A stretch of DNA of 64,000 nt from the NCBI GenBank assembly GCA_013115125.1, contig JABANN010000070.1, forward strand, positions 1-64,000, read 5' to 3'. The number at the start of each line of letters is the position of its first letter. The stretch's first letter is position 1. The position numbers were made by a program, and so were the translations under genes. This DNA is from Perkinsus olseni. Its lineage: Eukaryota. Under the pieces are notes generated by a model. The model searched no databases. It was not told the origin of the DNA and saw only the letters and a list, made by a program, of their open reading frames with translations. Below are positions 45,516 to 58,900 of this stretch, piece by piece.

Positions 45516-47147
45516 TCACAATACTACCTCTGTAGCTGTGGACTGGCACTCTGACGACGTACCACTCTTCCCGTTGTTGATCATCAAAAGCTCATCAGGC
45601 AAGCAGAAGTAGACTGCAACCCAGACGGCTGCAATGGCCTTATCATCCATCCAGTCCGCCCTGTCCCTAGACGGCCCAAACATGGGAGGGACGCGTCCAG
45701 CCACTGGCGGGTGTGAACTCTCATCACCGAAGGCACGTAGTAATGTGGCCACGATCGATGCCTTGTCGCCATCCTCATTATCCCCCTGAGGGCTCCAATA
45801 AGCATTGATAGTATCGACCAGCCGCCTTTGCTCAGCTACTGCGAAGAAGACACCACGCATGATGGGCGAGTCCAACTTGGCCACTGCCCGCAGGAAGCAT
45901 CGGAAGAGCTCCTCTAGGTACGTCTCACGCGACAAAGTGGGCTGCCTCGAGGACAGCTTGACCTCGGCCGACTGCCGCTGTATTTCCTTTTGGAACGCAG
46001 TGGTCAGAGCCATGGTAGCCGAGGTAGGTATTGATGCCAAGGCGAGCAGCTTGGGACCAGCCTCAGGTGGTAATGAACCAGGCTGAAGGGAGAAGATATC
46101 GTTTGTCGGTGATGCTAAGTATTACCCTCTGCCTCCCCAACACTATATAACCTCTAGAATTGCCTGTAGCATTATCAATAGGATACATTGCCTTTACTAG
46201 CCTAGGGAGCTTTATCCAGTGCGGTGGGTACTTGAACCTAGGATACCCATCTCAAGATGCCTGGACTGATTCCAGCGCCCATACCTCGCCACATCCAAAA
46301 CTAAGACCGAGTCCGAGGCAGCATGATAGGCCCCAATCGGGGAGAAGTGCCCGCTGCCAGCTTGACCTACTGCTGCTCTGTCGTAGGACACTACCAATAC
46401 CTGAAGTACAGCTGCTGCTACCCCGTGAAACTCGCCTTTCTCCGACCACCTTGTCGAGGCCACCGCAGCTTTCAAGCAGCCTCCCATCAGACGTCCAGGA
46501 CTCAACAGTATCCCGGAAGCCCTGTAGGAACTGAGCATCCAGGTTGGGTTCCGCAGTGGACTCAGTAGCCGTCGTAGAGCATTCTGATGGTTCCTCGAGC
46601 TGATAAGGGATCGCTGGGGCGAGGATCATCACATCCACCTACCGAAGGCCTGCGCACTTGTACTCCGAGACCATTGCACCGGGCTAAACAGGCGAAGGTG
46701 TCTATAGAGATGCCCTCTGAAGCAACCTCCTCCAAGTTAATACAGCACGCTCCTAGATGGTTCTCATCATACCTGAGACCCTCCATGTTCTGCTGTCAAG
46801 ACGGACACTAGGGACCGCTAACGACCACCAGGTACTACCATCGCCATACTCCCCTCCAGGTCCTCCATGGGTCGATGCCCAACGTGTTAAGAGTCATAAT
46901 GAGCGTGGTGAGGCCGCAGTACGCGGGTTGGTCCTGAAGTGGTGGAATGGGAAGCGATAGGTTATACAAGAACCCGTACTTGTGTTTTAAATTGGCACAT
47001 AAGTGGTAGGAAAGGGTAAGCATGCCCATCGGCCATGGCTTCACTCAGTCGTCGACGGCCCTCTTTACTACATACAGTAGGCTCATCATCTGGTAGAGTC
47101 TTTTGGTAAAATACCCCTTGGGGCACTGCCCTTGGCGAGCTAGGCAT
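45516..47147 (-). CDS. PCS: Phytochelatin synthase; multi-exon
   Basis: QDQPAYCGL (Cys), [33 protein letters not shown] (His), LVLDVAR (Asp), YPPHW. Confidence 0.93.
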
Positions 47148-47207
47148 GGTATAATATTGTGAAGATAAACTGAAATACTGAAGAGTCAATTTACAACACT
47201 GAAGGAG

Positions 47208-50200
47208 ATGGAAAGAAGATTTCCCCCCCTCTACCCCAGACTGCCTGTGGCCGTGTGGGTGGGTCTACGACGGTTGTTGAACTCTCTGCCACTTCCACGA
47301 GCACCTCAAGGCTCTAATACGCGCGATTTTAGCACTGTAAGTTTGAAAGTGATCTGTTCGCTCGCTCGCCCCGGGCACTGGACGGCCGTGAGCTCTCCTT
47401 ATCCGCAGGAGGTGTGCTTGTTCGTAGGCTCCCAGCCCTACCCTACCCGATCATCAACCAGGTGTACCACCTATTACACTGTATAGGTAGTAAGACGCAG
47501 TCATCAAAGCTTGGGCGCACGTTATTGCAACACTTCCGTGAGCTAAGTGAAGTGCATGCTCTGATACGGGCAGCATAATCCCTGCGACGATCTCTGAGTA
47601 TTATGGCCTTCTGTGGCCTGGGATTCAGCTGCATTCGGATCCTTTAAAGCTGGGTCCCCTCGAGCTTAACCATCCGATAGGCCTTCACCTGAACCCTATT
47701 TCAGTGATATCCGGGAGATGATGACGTTAATGTACTGCACAATGGTAGAACGCGTGGTGGTACTGGACGGCAGTCTCGTTGTCGGCGTTCGTTATTCAGA
47801 AGCCCTTTCGAAGATAGAAAACTCCATCCACAACCTGCTGGACTTGCGATAGTGATGGACAGGTACTATGGCTGTGTGAAGCCATGGGCCCGCTAACGGC
47901 CGAGTTCGGGTCGAGGCGCATTACATGCTCAGCAGTTTCCGACGATGTCTTCTTCGGTCCCTGTGGGCTCACTGGACTCCCACAATGCCTTCTCGCGGGT
48001 TGCCAGATCGAAGCGATTGAAGTTAGAATCGAGCAGGTGTAGCATTGGGTCGGGATGTGGCAGTTGCATGGATCTCACGGTCCCTCCTTGGATGCCCTAC
48101 TCCACTCGGTCTGCATGAAGTGCGGTAGTTCCTATGGAATGGACTGCTCTCCTCCGCCATCGGGATCAACCCAATCTGCCTGAGCTCGGTTCATCACTTG
48201 ACACGATTGTGCCCCCTGGGGCAGACCGAATGTCACCTTCATACCATCAGCATGGGCTGAGTCGATTGGCATTGACTGGCCGGACCATGAGTTCAGACCT
48301 TCTAATAGCATCCTAGCGTCTCTAATGTCCCGGGACCTAGCCGTTCGAGGGTCCTCACGTGGTGAGAGGAGAGTGTCGATCGTCTTTACTGATTCACAGT
48401 CCGAAAACCCCTGAGTAGTGTTGTTGCTGCTTGTTACGGAGGCAACCCACGCCATGCTCACGGCTGGGCCCCCCGCACTACTGGCGCCGGCCCTGGGCTG
48501 TCATCGCTACGATGCTATCGAGTCAAGGCTCTCTTCACCTTACTTGTACTTGAGTTCTTCTTCAGTATCATAATGGTGGTCTCATAGCCCTGGTCGCTCC
48601 GGGCAGAGCATGCCGTACTCGCGTGTTCTTTCAGTACTGGTGTGTTTACGTTTTTTTGACGACGAGCTTAAGCTCGAATGATATCTTCCACTGGCCGTAT
48701 GTTGGTACATCCAGAAGACCCTAACCTAGTTTTGGAGCTCACGGCAGATAGCGGGTCTGTCAGCGTCTTCGACCTACTGGCCAGTCCCAAGGCCGACACT
48801 GCTGCTGGGCAGATCGACGGCGGCGTTAAGGATGCTTGCTGGCTCCCTGCCAGCTGCGGGGAAGCTGTCTTCATCACTGTCACTGACAAGGGGTCCATTA
48901 GAGCCTATTCAGCCCTAGTGTGTCTGTTGGCGCCGCCGCCTAAACCCCGACCGGATCCCTTGGAGATCCGCCCTTTGCCGGAGCTAGCATTGACCGGAAT
49001 GATCACAGGCTTGTGTGCTACTACCTGTAATGTCATCGGATTCACCTTCGCCGATGGTACGGCAAGGTTGTTCAAGCCCCGCGTGAGGGACGGAAGTGGG
49101 CTGCAGCGCCACGACAGCGTACTAGGGTTGGATCTTCTCAGTACCCTCGACTGCCGTCCTGGCAACCCGGTGGCGGTTTGCGGTCCAACGGCCTATGCCT
49201 ACTGCCATGCCCAGCGGGATTCCGTCGTCTTGGAGGGGTTCGGTGCGCGGAGATCACCGAAGCAATGTGAGATCGATTACCCCAAGGGAGCTGTGGGTGT
49301 CATCAGCTTAGCAGCTACGACGGACGTGGTCGCCGCGATCTACGACCTCGGTGGTACTGGCAAGTGTCAGCTCTGCGTTTACTCGACGTACGAGGTGCCG
49401 CCCAGCCTGGTGCATTCTGAGGTGTTCGACGTGGCGGAGGTCAAGGGCCCACTGCAGATCAACAGCATTAGAGACACCAACGCAGTGGTCATGGTCGTGA
49501 GCTCATCAAGGATCGTCGTCCGGTCACGAACGTATGCCGATGGCGAGCGGTGGCTGACTCGAGGGATCTCCAACCCTCCCAAATGCTGTGCCTTGATACC
49601 TGAGACGGATGGTATGGGTTGGGACCGTTGTCTTGTCGCAGGGAAGGCCGTCGAAGATCTGCCCGAGGCCACCACGAGACTCTTCTCTAGGTCCAGCTTG
49701 CCTCTGGAGGATTCCAACCCGGTCGTTGCCTTGCACAGGGCTCTCAATGCGGCATTTGCACGCTCGGAGTACTTGCCCAGTTGGTGTCTCGAGTTTGCTG
49801 CTGAAGGAGAGGTCGAACGACTGGTGACAGACGGGCCCTCTCGGCGGTTCTACGTTAAGCTCGCATTTGTTCTATCGCCTGACCACAGGCGAGAGTGCAG
49901 GGACTTGGGCATAGCTGTGAATACTGAGGATTGCTTCTTGGCATCAATTGGCGAGTCCCAGGACTTCCTGCTCCAGTTAGCCACTCGGGCTGCACCAACA
50001 CACGACAGTGACGCTGAGCTTTGGAGTACATATTTCCGTCGACTAGGAGTCGGCTTCTGGGCCAACTCCCTCACCCAACTACGGTCTACCGTTCTGGACT
50101 TGCTATTGAAGCGGTCTCTGGCGAAGTATCGAAGGACCAAGGAGTTGTCGGTCATCGAGGGCGAGAGCGCCTTGTGGTTGGCGCTCCTTGGACGCCAGAA

Positions 50201-53078
50201 GGTTTTGGCGTCCCTCTACAAGCAGCATGCGCGGCTCTTCCGCGACCCGAAGGCCATGCGTGTGTCCAGATTCCTGGCCATGGACTTCACCACACCTGAG
50301 AATAAGCGTATTGGCGCTAAGAACGCTTTCGAGTTGGTCCGCCAAAAACGGCATGCAATGGCAGCGGCGGTGTTCCTGCTCATCGGTGATGTCCAGTCGG
50401 CTATCAACGTGGCCACGCGGTACCTTGAGGATGTCCAACTGGCCATCCTCTTCGCCCGATGTGCTATCACTGACGGTGTGATCAGCAAAGAGGCTGCTAA
50501 TGATATGCTAGCTACCGAGCTCTCGTTGTTCGATGCTTGGGTTGACTTTTGGCGCCTCTGGTCATCTCACAACTACGCCCAACTCGCTCGGAAATTGGCC
50601 GCGGTCGGATCTGAGGACCTCTCGGTCGCCGGGTCCACTGAGCTTGAGGCTTCGCTAGGCGTCCTGCCTACTCCAGCCCATCTCAGCACCTGCTCTAGGA
50701 GCGATATCTTTGAGTATCTTTGCAGTGCGGTACCTGCATTCGGAGCTCAAGCTGAAGGGCTTGTTGTGGAAGATACTCCTAGCAGTGTGGTTACCACCCG
50801 CCTGCTTGGTCGAGGGTTGGCTGCTCTGCTCCCACCTGTCGCGGAGGATTCAGACTTCACAAGCCCCGTCAACTGGGCGAGGAGGGCCTCCATCATATTC
50901 GATGAAGCCCTCACTCCGCGGAAGGCTTCGAAGATGCCGCCCTTCATCCCCGGTAACCCCACAGACGCTCCTCTTGGCAGCGACCTTCAGAGCTACTGGA
51001 TACGCAGAGTTCGAGGGGCGTTGCTAGATCCAAGATTGAACCCTATGCCCCCGGCCCCCGAGCTGTGGTCGATACTGTCAAGGCTGGTCCATACCTCTAA
51101 TGGAGGCATGCTGCCAAGCTGGGCTGCCGAGCTGACATCCATGGTGCTGGCGGGTATTGGGGACTGGTCGACCAGCGTACCCGAGGTGCAGGAGGCTGCC
51201 GCGGCTGTGGTCCTGAGCGAACTTGAGAGGCTCCTACTGGAGCACGAGGCCGCTGCGAACGACACGGCTGAGAAGAAGCAGGCTGACGATGCTCGACTTG
51301 CTCTAGCTGAGCATTACACCGGCGTTTTATACCAACTTTTACAACCAGACACTTCGCCTCTGGTGGCAGTGGACGCCGAAGCCCCGCCTTTGCCTTGCCT
51401 GACAGGACCACCCGGCTCCCACACTATGCGGCTGCGGTCGCTTGTGGTCTGCTCTCTGGTCTTGGAACGTGTCCTGAGCCCACCTAAAGGCTCTCCTAAA
51501 CTGACTGTCTATGAACGGCAGTATCAGCTGTTGGTGAGGTGGCACTTGAAGACACACGTCTATGAAGCCATGCTGGAGCCCGATGTCGTGCAGGAGGAAG
51601 GGGCGGTCGACATCGACCAGGAGCATCCCTTGGAAACGACACTGGCAGCACCCAGGCGTCTCAAGCTCCTTCAAAGTACATGCCCGGTGTATCGTTGCAC
51701 GCCCGAGCAAGACCGGGAGTACCTGCCGAAGTCGTTGCCTCTACTGGGAATTAGAAGGCAGCTCGAGTGGCACTCTATCACTGGTCTATGTTTGGATAGA
51801 TCTCCTGGGGCATGCCTAAGACTGGCCGTGTCGGCACGCCACGAAGACGGCCTTGTGAAGGTTATTGACCTCCCACAGCTCATTCGATCTTCGGTTGGGT
51901 GTCGTGACGCCGTGACGCCGGAGGAGTACTATCATGATGATTCTCGATGGCAGATGGAGATCGAGAAGTCGGTCATCAATTCCAACACCAACTTGCCTAC
52001 TGGTACCAAGATAGTCCCAAGCGAGAGGACTAGATTTCTCATCGGTGAGTCCTCTGCGGCCAACCACCTCGGCTCGGGCTTACCCCTACGCCCTGACTGC
52101 CGCCTGTACGCTAAGGATGTGATGCTTCTCTCCTTGGGCATTGACTGGCCCATCGGCAATAACATCACAGGTCTGTTCGACCGCATCAACCACGATACTG
52201 TCTCTGATGATGATAATGAACCATTACCTGTTTCCAATTCGCTCACTGCTCATCCCACAGCCAGTGTCTTTGCCTCGGCGACTAACAGCGGCGTTCGGGT
52301 ATGGTCTTTCGGATGTCCAGCCCTTGACGAGCCCGCTCGCCCATTGTGCTTGTTTGAGTCGCCAAAGCGGCCGTCGTTCCGCGATACCCTCCGGGTCGCG
52401 TCATGGTCGGATGATGGCGGGATGCTTGCAGGGATTAGCAAGAAGGGCCGCATGTCTGTCTGGTCCTCTTGCCGGCCAGGCAAGCCCATCATCTCCTTCA
52501 ACTCCCCCTTCATTCGAGGGAACGACGTGAAGGCGTTGACGCCCTCGGGCTCCCTGATGCTGATTTGTGGACGACAAAGCCCTAGTGGTTCTGGCGGTGC
52601 TGCTATGATTGACTGCAGGAGCCCGGAGTTGGTCGTCCAGAAGTGGAACGCTGGGCCGGGCCTGGAGTATACGTGCGCGTCTGGACTGTCCCAGCCGCAA
52701 CAGCTGCAGCTTGGCACCTGTGATGGCCGAGTGGTTGATCTGGACACCCGAGCGGGTGGCCGCAGCAGAACGGTTATGTTGTACGGTGATGATCACGACA
52801 GAAGTCCGGCTATTCACAGCTTGTTACGGTACGGTCCCGACCAAGACGGCATAGTAGCGGTGACACATGGGAGCGCCGTGGGAGTCCTTCAAGCTGGGAA
52901 GGATGCTGGATCCTTCGACTCCGAATACACTTTGCACAAGGGCGGTATGAAGTCGGCCGTAAAGGCTGCCTTCAGCAAGATAGGCCCAAAGCTGGTAGCG
53001 GCCGCTGACGCCTGTGGTACGGTAGCCATCACTGCTGGGGCCTCGGACGAACAACTACTATTGCATAGACTGCCTTGA
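47208..53078 (+). CDS. Rav1/DmX-like (Rabconnectin-3 alpha) protein; 5' exons approximate
   Basis: Rav1_C-like block RRLGVGFW...FLAMDFT...AKNAFELVRQKRH..AAAVFLL.G...DVQLAILFAR; WD-like ends. Confidence 0.8.
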
Positions 53079-53870
53079 CTGTTGATACAATTATACAATT
53101 CTTCTTTATAATAGTGTTCCTTCGCTTCCGCATGATCTTGAGTTCGGTAATTCACCTGCACCCTTTAGGGTTCCCGGTGTTTTCACGAGTCCACTCTCAA
53201 GACTTATTCCACTAGGCCTTCGTAACGAAAAAAGCGGAGCTCGGCAGTCTCGGGTTCGAACCCTAGCCCGGGCTTTTTTCTGTATTTTTCCGGGTTCATC
53301 TACAACGGTCCACGCTGGTTTTGGTTGGTAGAACGGGGATGGGCGCGATTTCGTATTTTTTATAGAATATATGAATCGAGACCTTTCGATTGGTATGCGT
53401 CCCATGAGTTCATTCAGCATAGTCGTGGAGAAATAATTTGAACGAACGGACGAACGCACAAAAAGCGCATAAGTTGTGAGGGTTTCAACACAACAACGCT
53501 TGTTATCCGATATACGTTAACAGATAATAGTCCAGGGTTGAGCCAAACCAACGCCACCAGAATACCCAAAGTCCAAGTGGTACGATACCAGTGGTATCAT
53601 ACCACAGAAGAGAAGAGAGAAAGGCTACTCTCAACGTCTGTCTATCTGGCCTCAGCCACGCAAGGCGCCTCACGCTATGCGCATGCGTGTAGACGGAAAG
53701 AGACTATAGAGACTCAGTCTGATAATTATAGAGATGGTAGAACTGGCCCTGGCGTGCGCGCAATACACCAAGGGAGTGACTGCCATCACAAAGTGACAGT
53801 ATATGCTCCGCTCGCTTCGCTCGCTCCGCAACTGTTCTCCTGTTGTTACCCAGTCCTTTCGGTCCACCTA

Positions 53871-54851
53871 ATGGATCCCGTCGAGACTTGGAAATTGGTA
53901 TCAATATTTGCCACTTTTGCTGTGGCAAGCCTAGGTATGTGGATGTCATTCTATTTTCGCAAGTCTAAGATGTTCTCTCTCGGGTGTGCTCTGGCCTGTG
54001 GTGTCCTACTCGCCGCTGGCTTCACGCACAGCCTCCCTGACGGTGTCGAACGCTTGGAGGCATGGTCACAGGATAACCTCAACGGCTACCCATTTGCCTA
54101 CCTCCTCTGTGGTATAGCAATATCTTTCCTTGCCTTATTCGAAGAGGGAGTCCAGCTATGTTTTCGACCCAAACTGCGTCCACCACCTGAGGAATCGTCG
54201 TCTAAAAACGTGCAAGCTGACGAGCAAACTCTGAATCACCATGCCCACCCTGGCAACCTGACGAAGACGTCAGCCCTGTTCGTATTTCTGGCCCTCTCGC
54301 TGCATTCCATCCTCGAAGGAATGGCTACGGGTGTCGCCACTGGAGTAAGCAATCTGTACGGAACTGTGATCGCCATCCTGGCCCATAAAGGCCTGGCAGC
54401 CTTCGCTCTTGGTGCTAGTATGGTGGAGGCTAACGTAGCCTCCCGCACAGTCTTGCTGTATGGAACCATTTTCGCCGTTGTTACACCTGTTGGCATCATG
54501 GTCGGTTGGCTCGGCGGTCTTGCCGAAGACAGTTCTGGTAAGTTCGGAGGGGGGTTCGGGACACTTATTCGGGCAGCACTCCCGGAGTTGAATTCAACGC
54601 GCCAGAAGAGATTCTGGGGACACTCATGATCTTCAGGTATTTTCGGTGGTGTAGCTTATGCTCTGGTCGCTGGTACGTTCATCTACGTCAGCATCGTTGA
54701 ATTTATGCCCATAGTGTTTGGGCTCAATGGCGTTAACTTCTTAATGAAGGCAACTGTGGCTCCTAGTGGTGTCGTCAATACAGTCTCCTTTCAGGTTATC
54801 ATGTTCTTAGCTGGGTTTTCTGCAATGGCCGTACTCGCAATTTTTGTTTAA
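53871..54851 (+). CDS. ZIP-family (SLC39) metal transporter
   Basis: FTHSLPD, His loop HHAH, ALSLHSILEG, AILAHKGL, TPVGI, AGTFIYV. Confidence 0.92.
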
Positions 54852-55967
54852 GCTCCTCCATTAAGCTTTTATGAACGATGGTGGAATCGTTGTCCTAGAC
54901 TCTCGATTCTCTCCGCCTTATCAAATTCTCATTTTTTGACCTGCTAGGTCGTTTATATCAGTAGATATTGAGTTTCATGACCTTATAGTCCCTGTCTAGT
55001 TTAGCTGTACATGGGACGTCTCGCCGCTTGGGTTCGAGCACTTGAAGAAGTCCGGATATATCACTGTTGCCGGTTGGTAGAGCTTGTGGTCTCTCTCGGT
55101 TGACGGTGGCTGCAACAGATTCTTCCTCCATCCTCGATATTTGACCTACCGGGGCTTTTCGATGATGCGGTGGCAACGGAGAAGGTCCACTCTACATTCA
55201 CTCGTCTCACCGTCACCCACCTTCCCGTCATCCGGACAATGTCAACAACCATCGACGCACTTCCCGCAGCTCGGCTCAGGAGCAGCTCCTCCCGTACTGC
55301 TCTACTCTCCTCCGCTGTGATGAAGCAGGCCCTCACACTCATCAGTGATGTCCTCATCTTCAGTTCGCGAAGTTTTCACTATGCTCCTTTTTCTCGACGG
55401 CCTGACCCACGGGCTGATGACGACCCAACTTGGAAAATAATCCTCGCGGGTATCACGCATAAGCCGTCCCCATCGCATCAACGACTAGCACTAAACTGTC
55501 TCCCATAATCAATAATGCTCCAGGCCTCCTACCAGCTCACATTCGTGGCGTAGAACAGTACTATGGAGTTGACGAACCGCTACAAGGGCAGGTCCTCTCC
55601 GGCCGTCACCCCCAATAGCTAGGTACAACTCTGTCAGGGTCTGCCGTAGAGCCCAACTGTGAATTACCAACACGACAGGGTAGAGCCGAGAATGTACGTT
55701 TGTGTGTAGTAGCCAATAGTAAATGACGATGCTTCTAATATTGTTGTTGTTCTTGATGATGGACGATTCACCTCTGGATAAATCAACTACTACTACTATT
55801 CGGAAGAACAAGATAAGGAAATAGAGAAGACGACAGTAGTAACTGGTTAAGACAGCGGCTGCGGAAGGAAACTACACCTCTCTTCATCACTATCATTATT
55901 TCTCTTAGACGACGATAATCGATAATACAGTCAACTTAGTTTATCACCATCATGGCCGGTGATGCTA

Positions 55968-58900
55968 TTACATGCTCTTAGCATCATTGAGGATCCTCAT
56001 AACACCCTTCTTAGACTTCTCATTCAGTGACCCTTGAAGGCCTCCGATAGTGGCTTCACCCAAGCCAGCAAGGATCTCGCAAATGGCCCGATCGATGAGG
56101 GCGTTACTGTAGTCCTTCTTGTATACCAATGCCAATACATGTACTATCGCACCCAAGTTGCCGTTGTTGGCACCAAGGACCTGTCAAAGGGCAACTAATA
56201 AGCAAAACCCCAGAGACCAGTAATGCTCACCCCCGGCCGCTGCTCCTTGACAAGACGGACCAACTGGGTGTGTGTCTTCTTCCCCTCATCTTCATCCTGC
56301 TTCAATGGCAAGTTCTTGATCCAAGCAGCCCAGTAGTTGCCAGCATCATTGCCAAGCCTCTGCTCGAACTTCTCGCACACATTTCCGAGTGCGGCCACCG
56401 CGTTCTCATGCGCGGCGATGTTGTCCTTGTTCCGGGCATCAGGTCTCTGCATCGCCCTGTAGAGCTGCATGGCCGCAGCAGTGGCAGCGATGTCGCCGAA
56501 CTGAGGGATGTTGCATGCCACATTAGCGCCGTAGGCAGCAGCCTGTCGAAGTGACGGGTTGTTGTCGGTAATAGCAGCGATCATGGGCTCCATGAAGATA
56601 CCCCAAGCCTGGACTGAGTCGGCGCCGAGGCACTCGAGGAAGTCACAGGCGATGTAAAGGGCCAAGCACCTTGAAGAGGGAAAATAGGGAGAGGACTATC
56701 AAGAATGGACGGTACCTATCCTGGGCCATGCATCGAGTGTCGATCAGCTTCTGCACCAACTCGATGGACTTCTGTAGGCCACCAGTAGAGACGAACAGCT
56801 GCTTGTGTTCCCGCATGAGGGCACCGCCAATCTCGGTGATAGCAATACGAACGCACTCGTCCATCTCCTTGATGTTGCGAATCTCGTCAACCTGAACTCG
56901 ACCGGCCCTCGTTGGCGTTGGTACGGCAGGAGAGCCCGCAGTACCTCATCTTCATCACACTCGCCACTCTCCTCCTCAGCAGTGGCATCAGCACGACGAT
57001 TGAAGGACTCCTTAAGGAGGTTAAAGCAGACCTCCACGATGTGCGATACCTGCCGGGCAACACGAAGATGGGCTAAGGCGAGAATATCCCTGCGACTGCT
57101 TCCTACAGTCTGCTCAGAGAGGGTTCCAGGGCCAGCGTTCTTGATGCAGTTGGCAATTCCGCGGGACTCGGCTTCGAGGAGCTAGAAGGAGGAAACTGCA
57201 TGAAGTCTATTGAGCATGCGTGACCAACCTCAAGCTCATCCTCTTGGGACATGGCCTTCAACATCGACTCAATGAAGGAGTTCAACAGGTCCTGAGAAAA
57301 GCACATGTGGCGCCAGTGTGAACCTGTCGATGAGGCTGTGAATACCTTGACAGTGGCAGTATCATTAGCCTTCCTCGCGCAGGAGATTAGCTCAGACCAG
57401 ACGTTAACGGCCAATGATTTAACCTCATCATCGAACTGGAAGTCGAGTAGAGGACGGAGCTTCAACGCGGTATCTTTGACGTATCTTGAAATGAGTAGAG
57501 AGTAACCTTAAGATACCCCCAACTCATACATACGGGTTGTAGACAGCAGGGCCGCAGTTCTCAACGAAGCAGCTGATGGTCTGCAAGGCTGATGCCAAGT
57601 CCTCAATAGCGCTGGTCTTGAGGCCAACACACTTGCCCTGAAGAGAGAGTGCATCATCGAGAAAACAATACCCCTAGTGATGACAGCAGTACTACCTCAG
57701 CAAGCATTATCATCGTCATATCCTGCTCCTCATTAGCATCATCAACCTACAACAGTACGCCATAGACCGCAGCACAGGATTTACCAGACCACAGTCCTTT
57801 ACCTCCGCAGCAGTGAGGGAGAACTGGTTGAGGATGAGAGGGAGTAGGGCTGGCAAGAACTGGCCGAAGTCGGGGCCGAGGGTCTGAGGGAGAGAAGGAC
57901 AGTCAACTGTCCGTGCTGCTGCTGATCGGGTTGTCCTCACCTTAGAGATCCTCTGGAGACTCTCCAGGACAAATCCCTTGAGAGGGTCGTCATCCTCGAA
58001 GTGCTTCTCAGGCTCCCGCAGCATCGACACGATAGCCTGCATGGCTTCAACAGCGTCATTGGCGAAGACCTCCTTGCCAACAGCCAAACCCAGAAGGGAG
58101 AGGCACTCGAAGGCCTTCCCTCTAAGGGTCCTCTCCTCCTTCGACGAGGCTTGCTGGACAGTTTGCTGAGCATCATAAGACCATCAGGAAAAGGCAACAG
58201 AGCGGCGAGGAAACCCACCTTAAGAAGGGGCATGATGTGAGAGTAGTAGCTCACGAAGTGAGACTCCGACACACCAGCGATGACGGCGATGGCAGTGATG
58301 GCCTGTTCCCGGATCTGATGGCCGAGGGGGGTGGGGTGAGGAGGGCTGGGGTGTAATGATGTTACCTGTCGTGGCTGGTCCATCTGTAGTTTACGATAAA
58401 GCTTCTCCATAAGGGTCTTCACATGGGGTATGAGAGCCTCTTGCTCGACCTAACATCAGCATAGTGGTGAGACCAGTGGCGAGGAGAAAGACAGTACATC
58501 CTCTGCGTAGTTGACGAAGGCCGCGCAGGCATGAGAGGCTACGCGCGGTATCGGGTCATCCATGGCCTTCTCCAAAGCAGTCAGGACCTGACGAAGAGCA
58601 GGCATGCGGCAGAGTTGACGAGGGCAAAGGAGCCCTACCTCCTGAGACCAGGCCTCCTGGACGTAAGGGGTGCAGTCAGTAGCAGTCTGGCCCATAGCAT
58701 GGAGGGCTGCGTAGCGGACGCGGGGATGCTGGTCACCCATATGCTCTGATGAGATGATAGTAGGAGGGGGTGGGATGACGAAGCATGCTTACGGAGCAAG
58801 AGCTTGACAATCTCGTCCATCTGAGTTTCCTCCTCGACGACCTCAGCCACTTGACTCAGCGTCATTATGGCAGCCACCTTATGTTTCCACGTACCAATCC

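Noticed and set aside
48905-53161. Many antisense and alternate-frame ORFs over Rav1-like (likewise over PEX1, importin-5 and the multifunctional enzyme)
   Set aside because: Shadows of long GC-rich coding frames.
53160-53270. Telomere-like TTTAGGG and B-box-like GGGTTCGAACCC
   Set aside because: Single occurrences; no repeat array and no cloverleaf.
54958-55480. Possible small minus-strand gene
   Set aside because: Short ORFs only; no family or consistent exon chain established.
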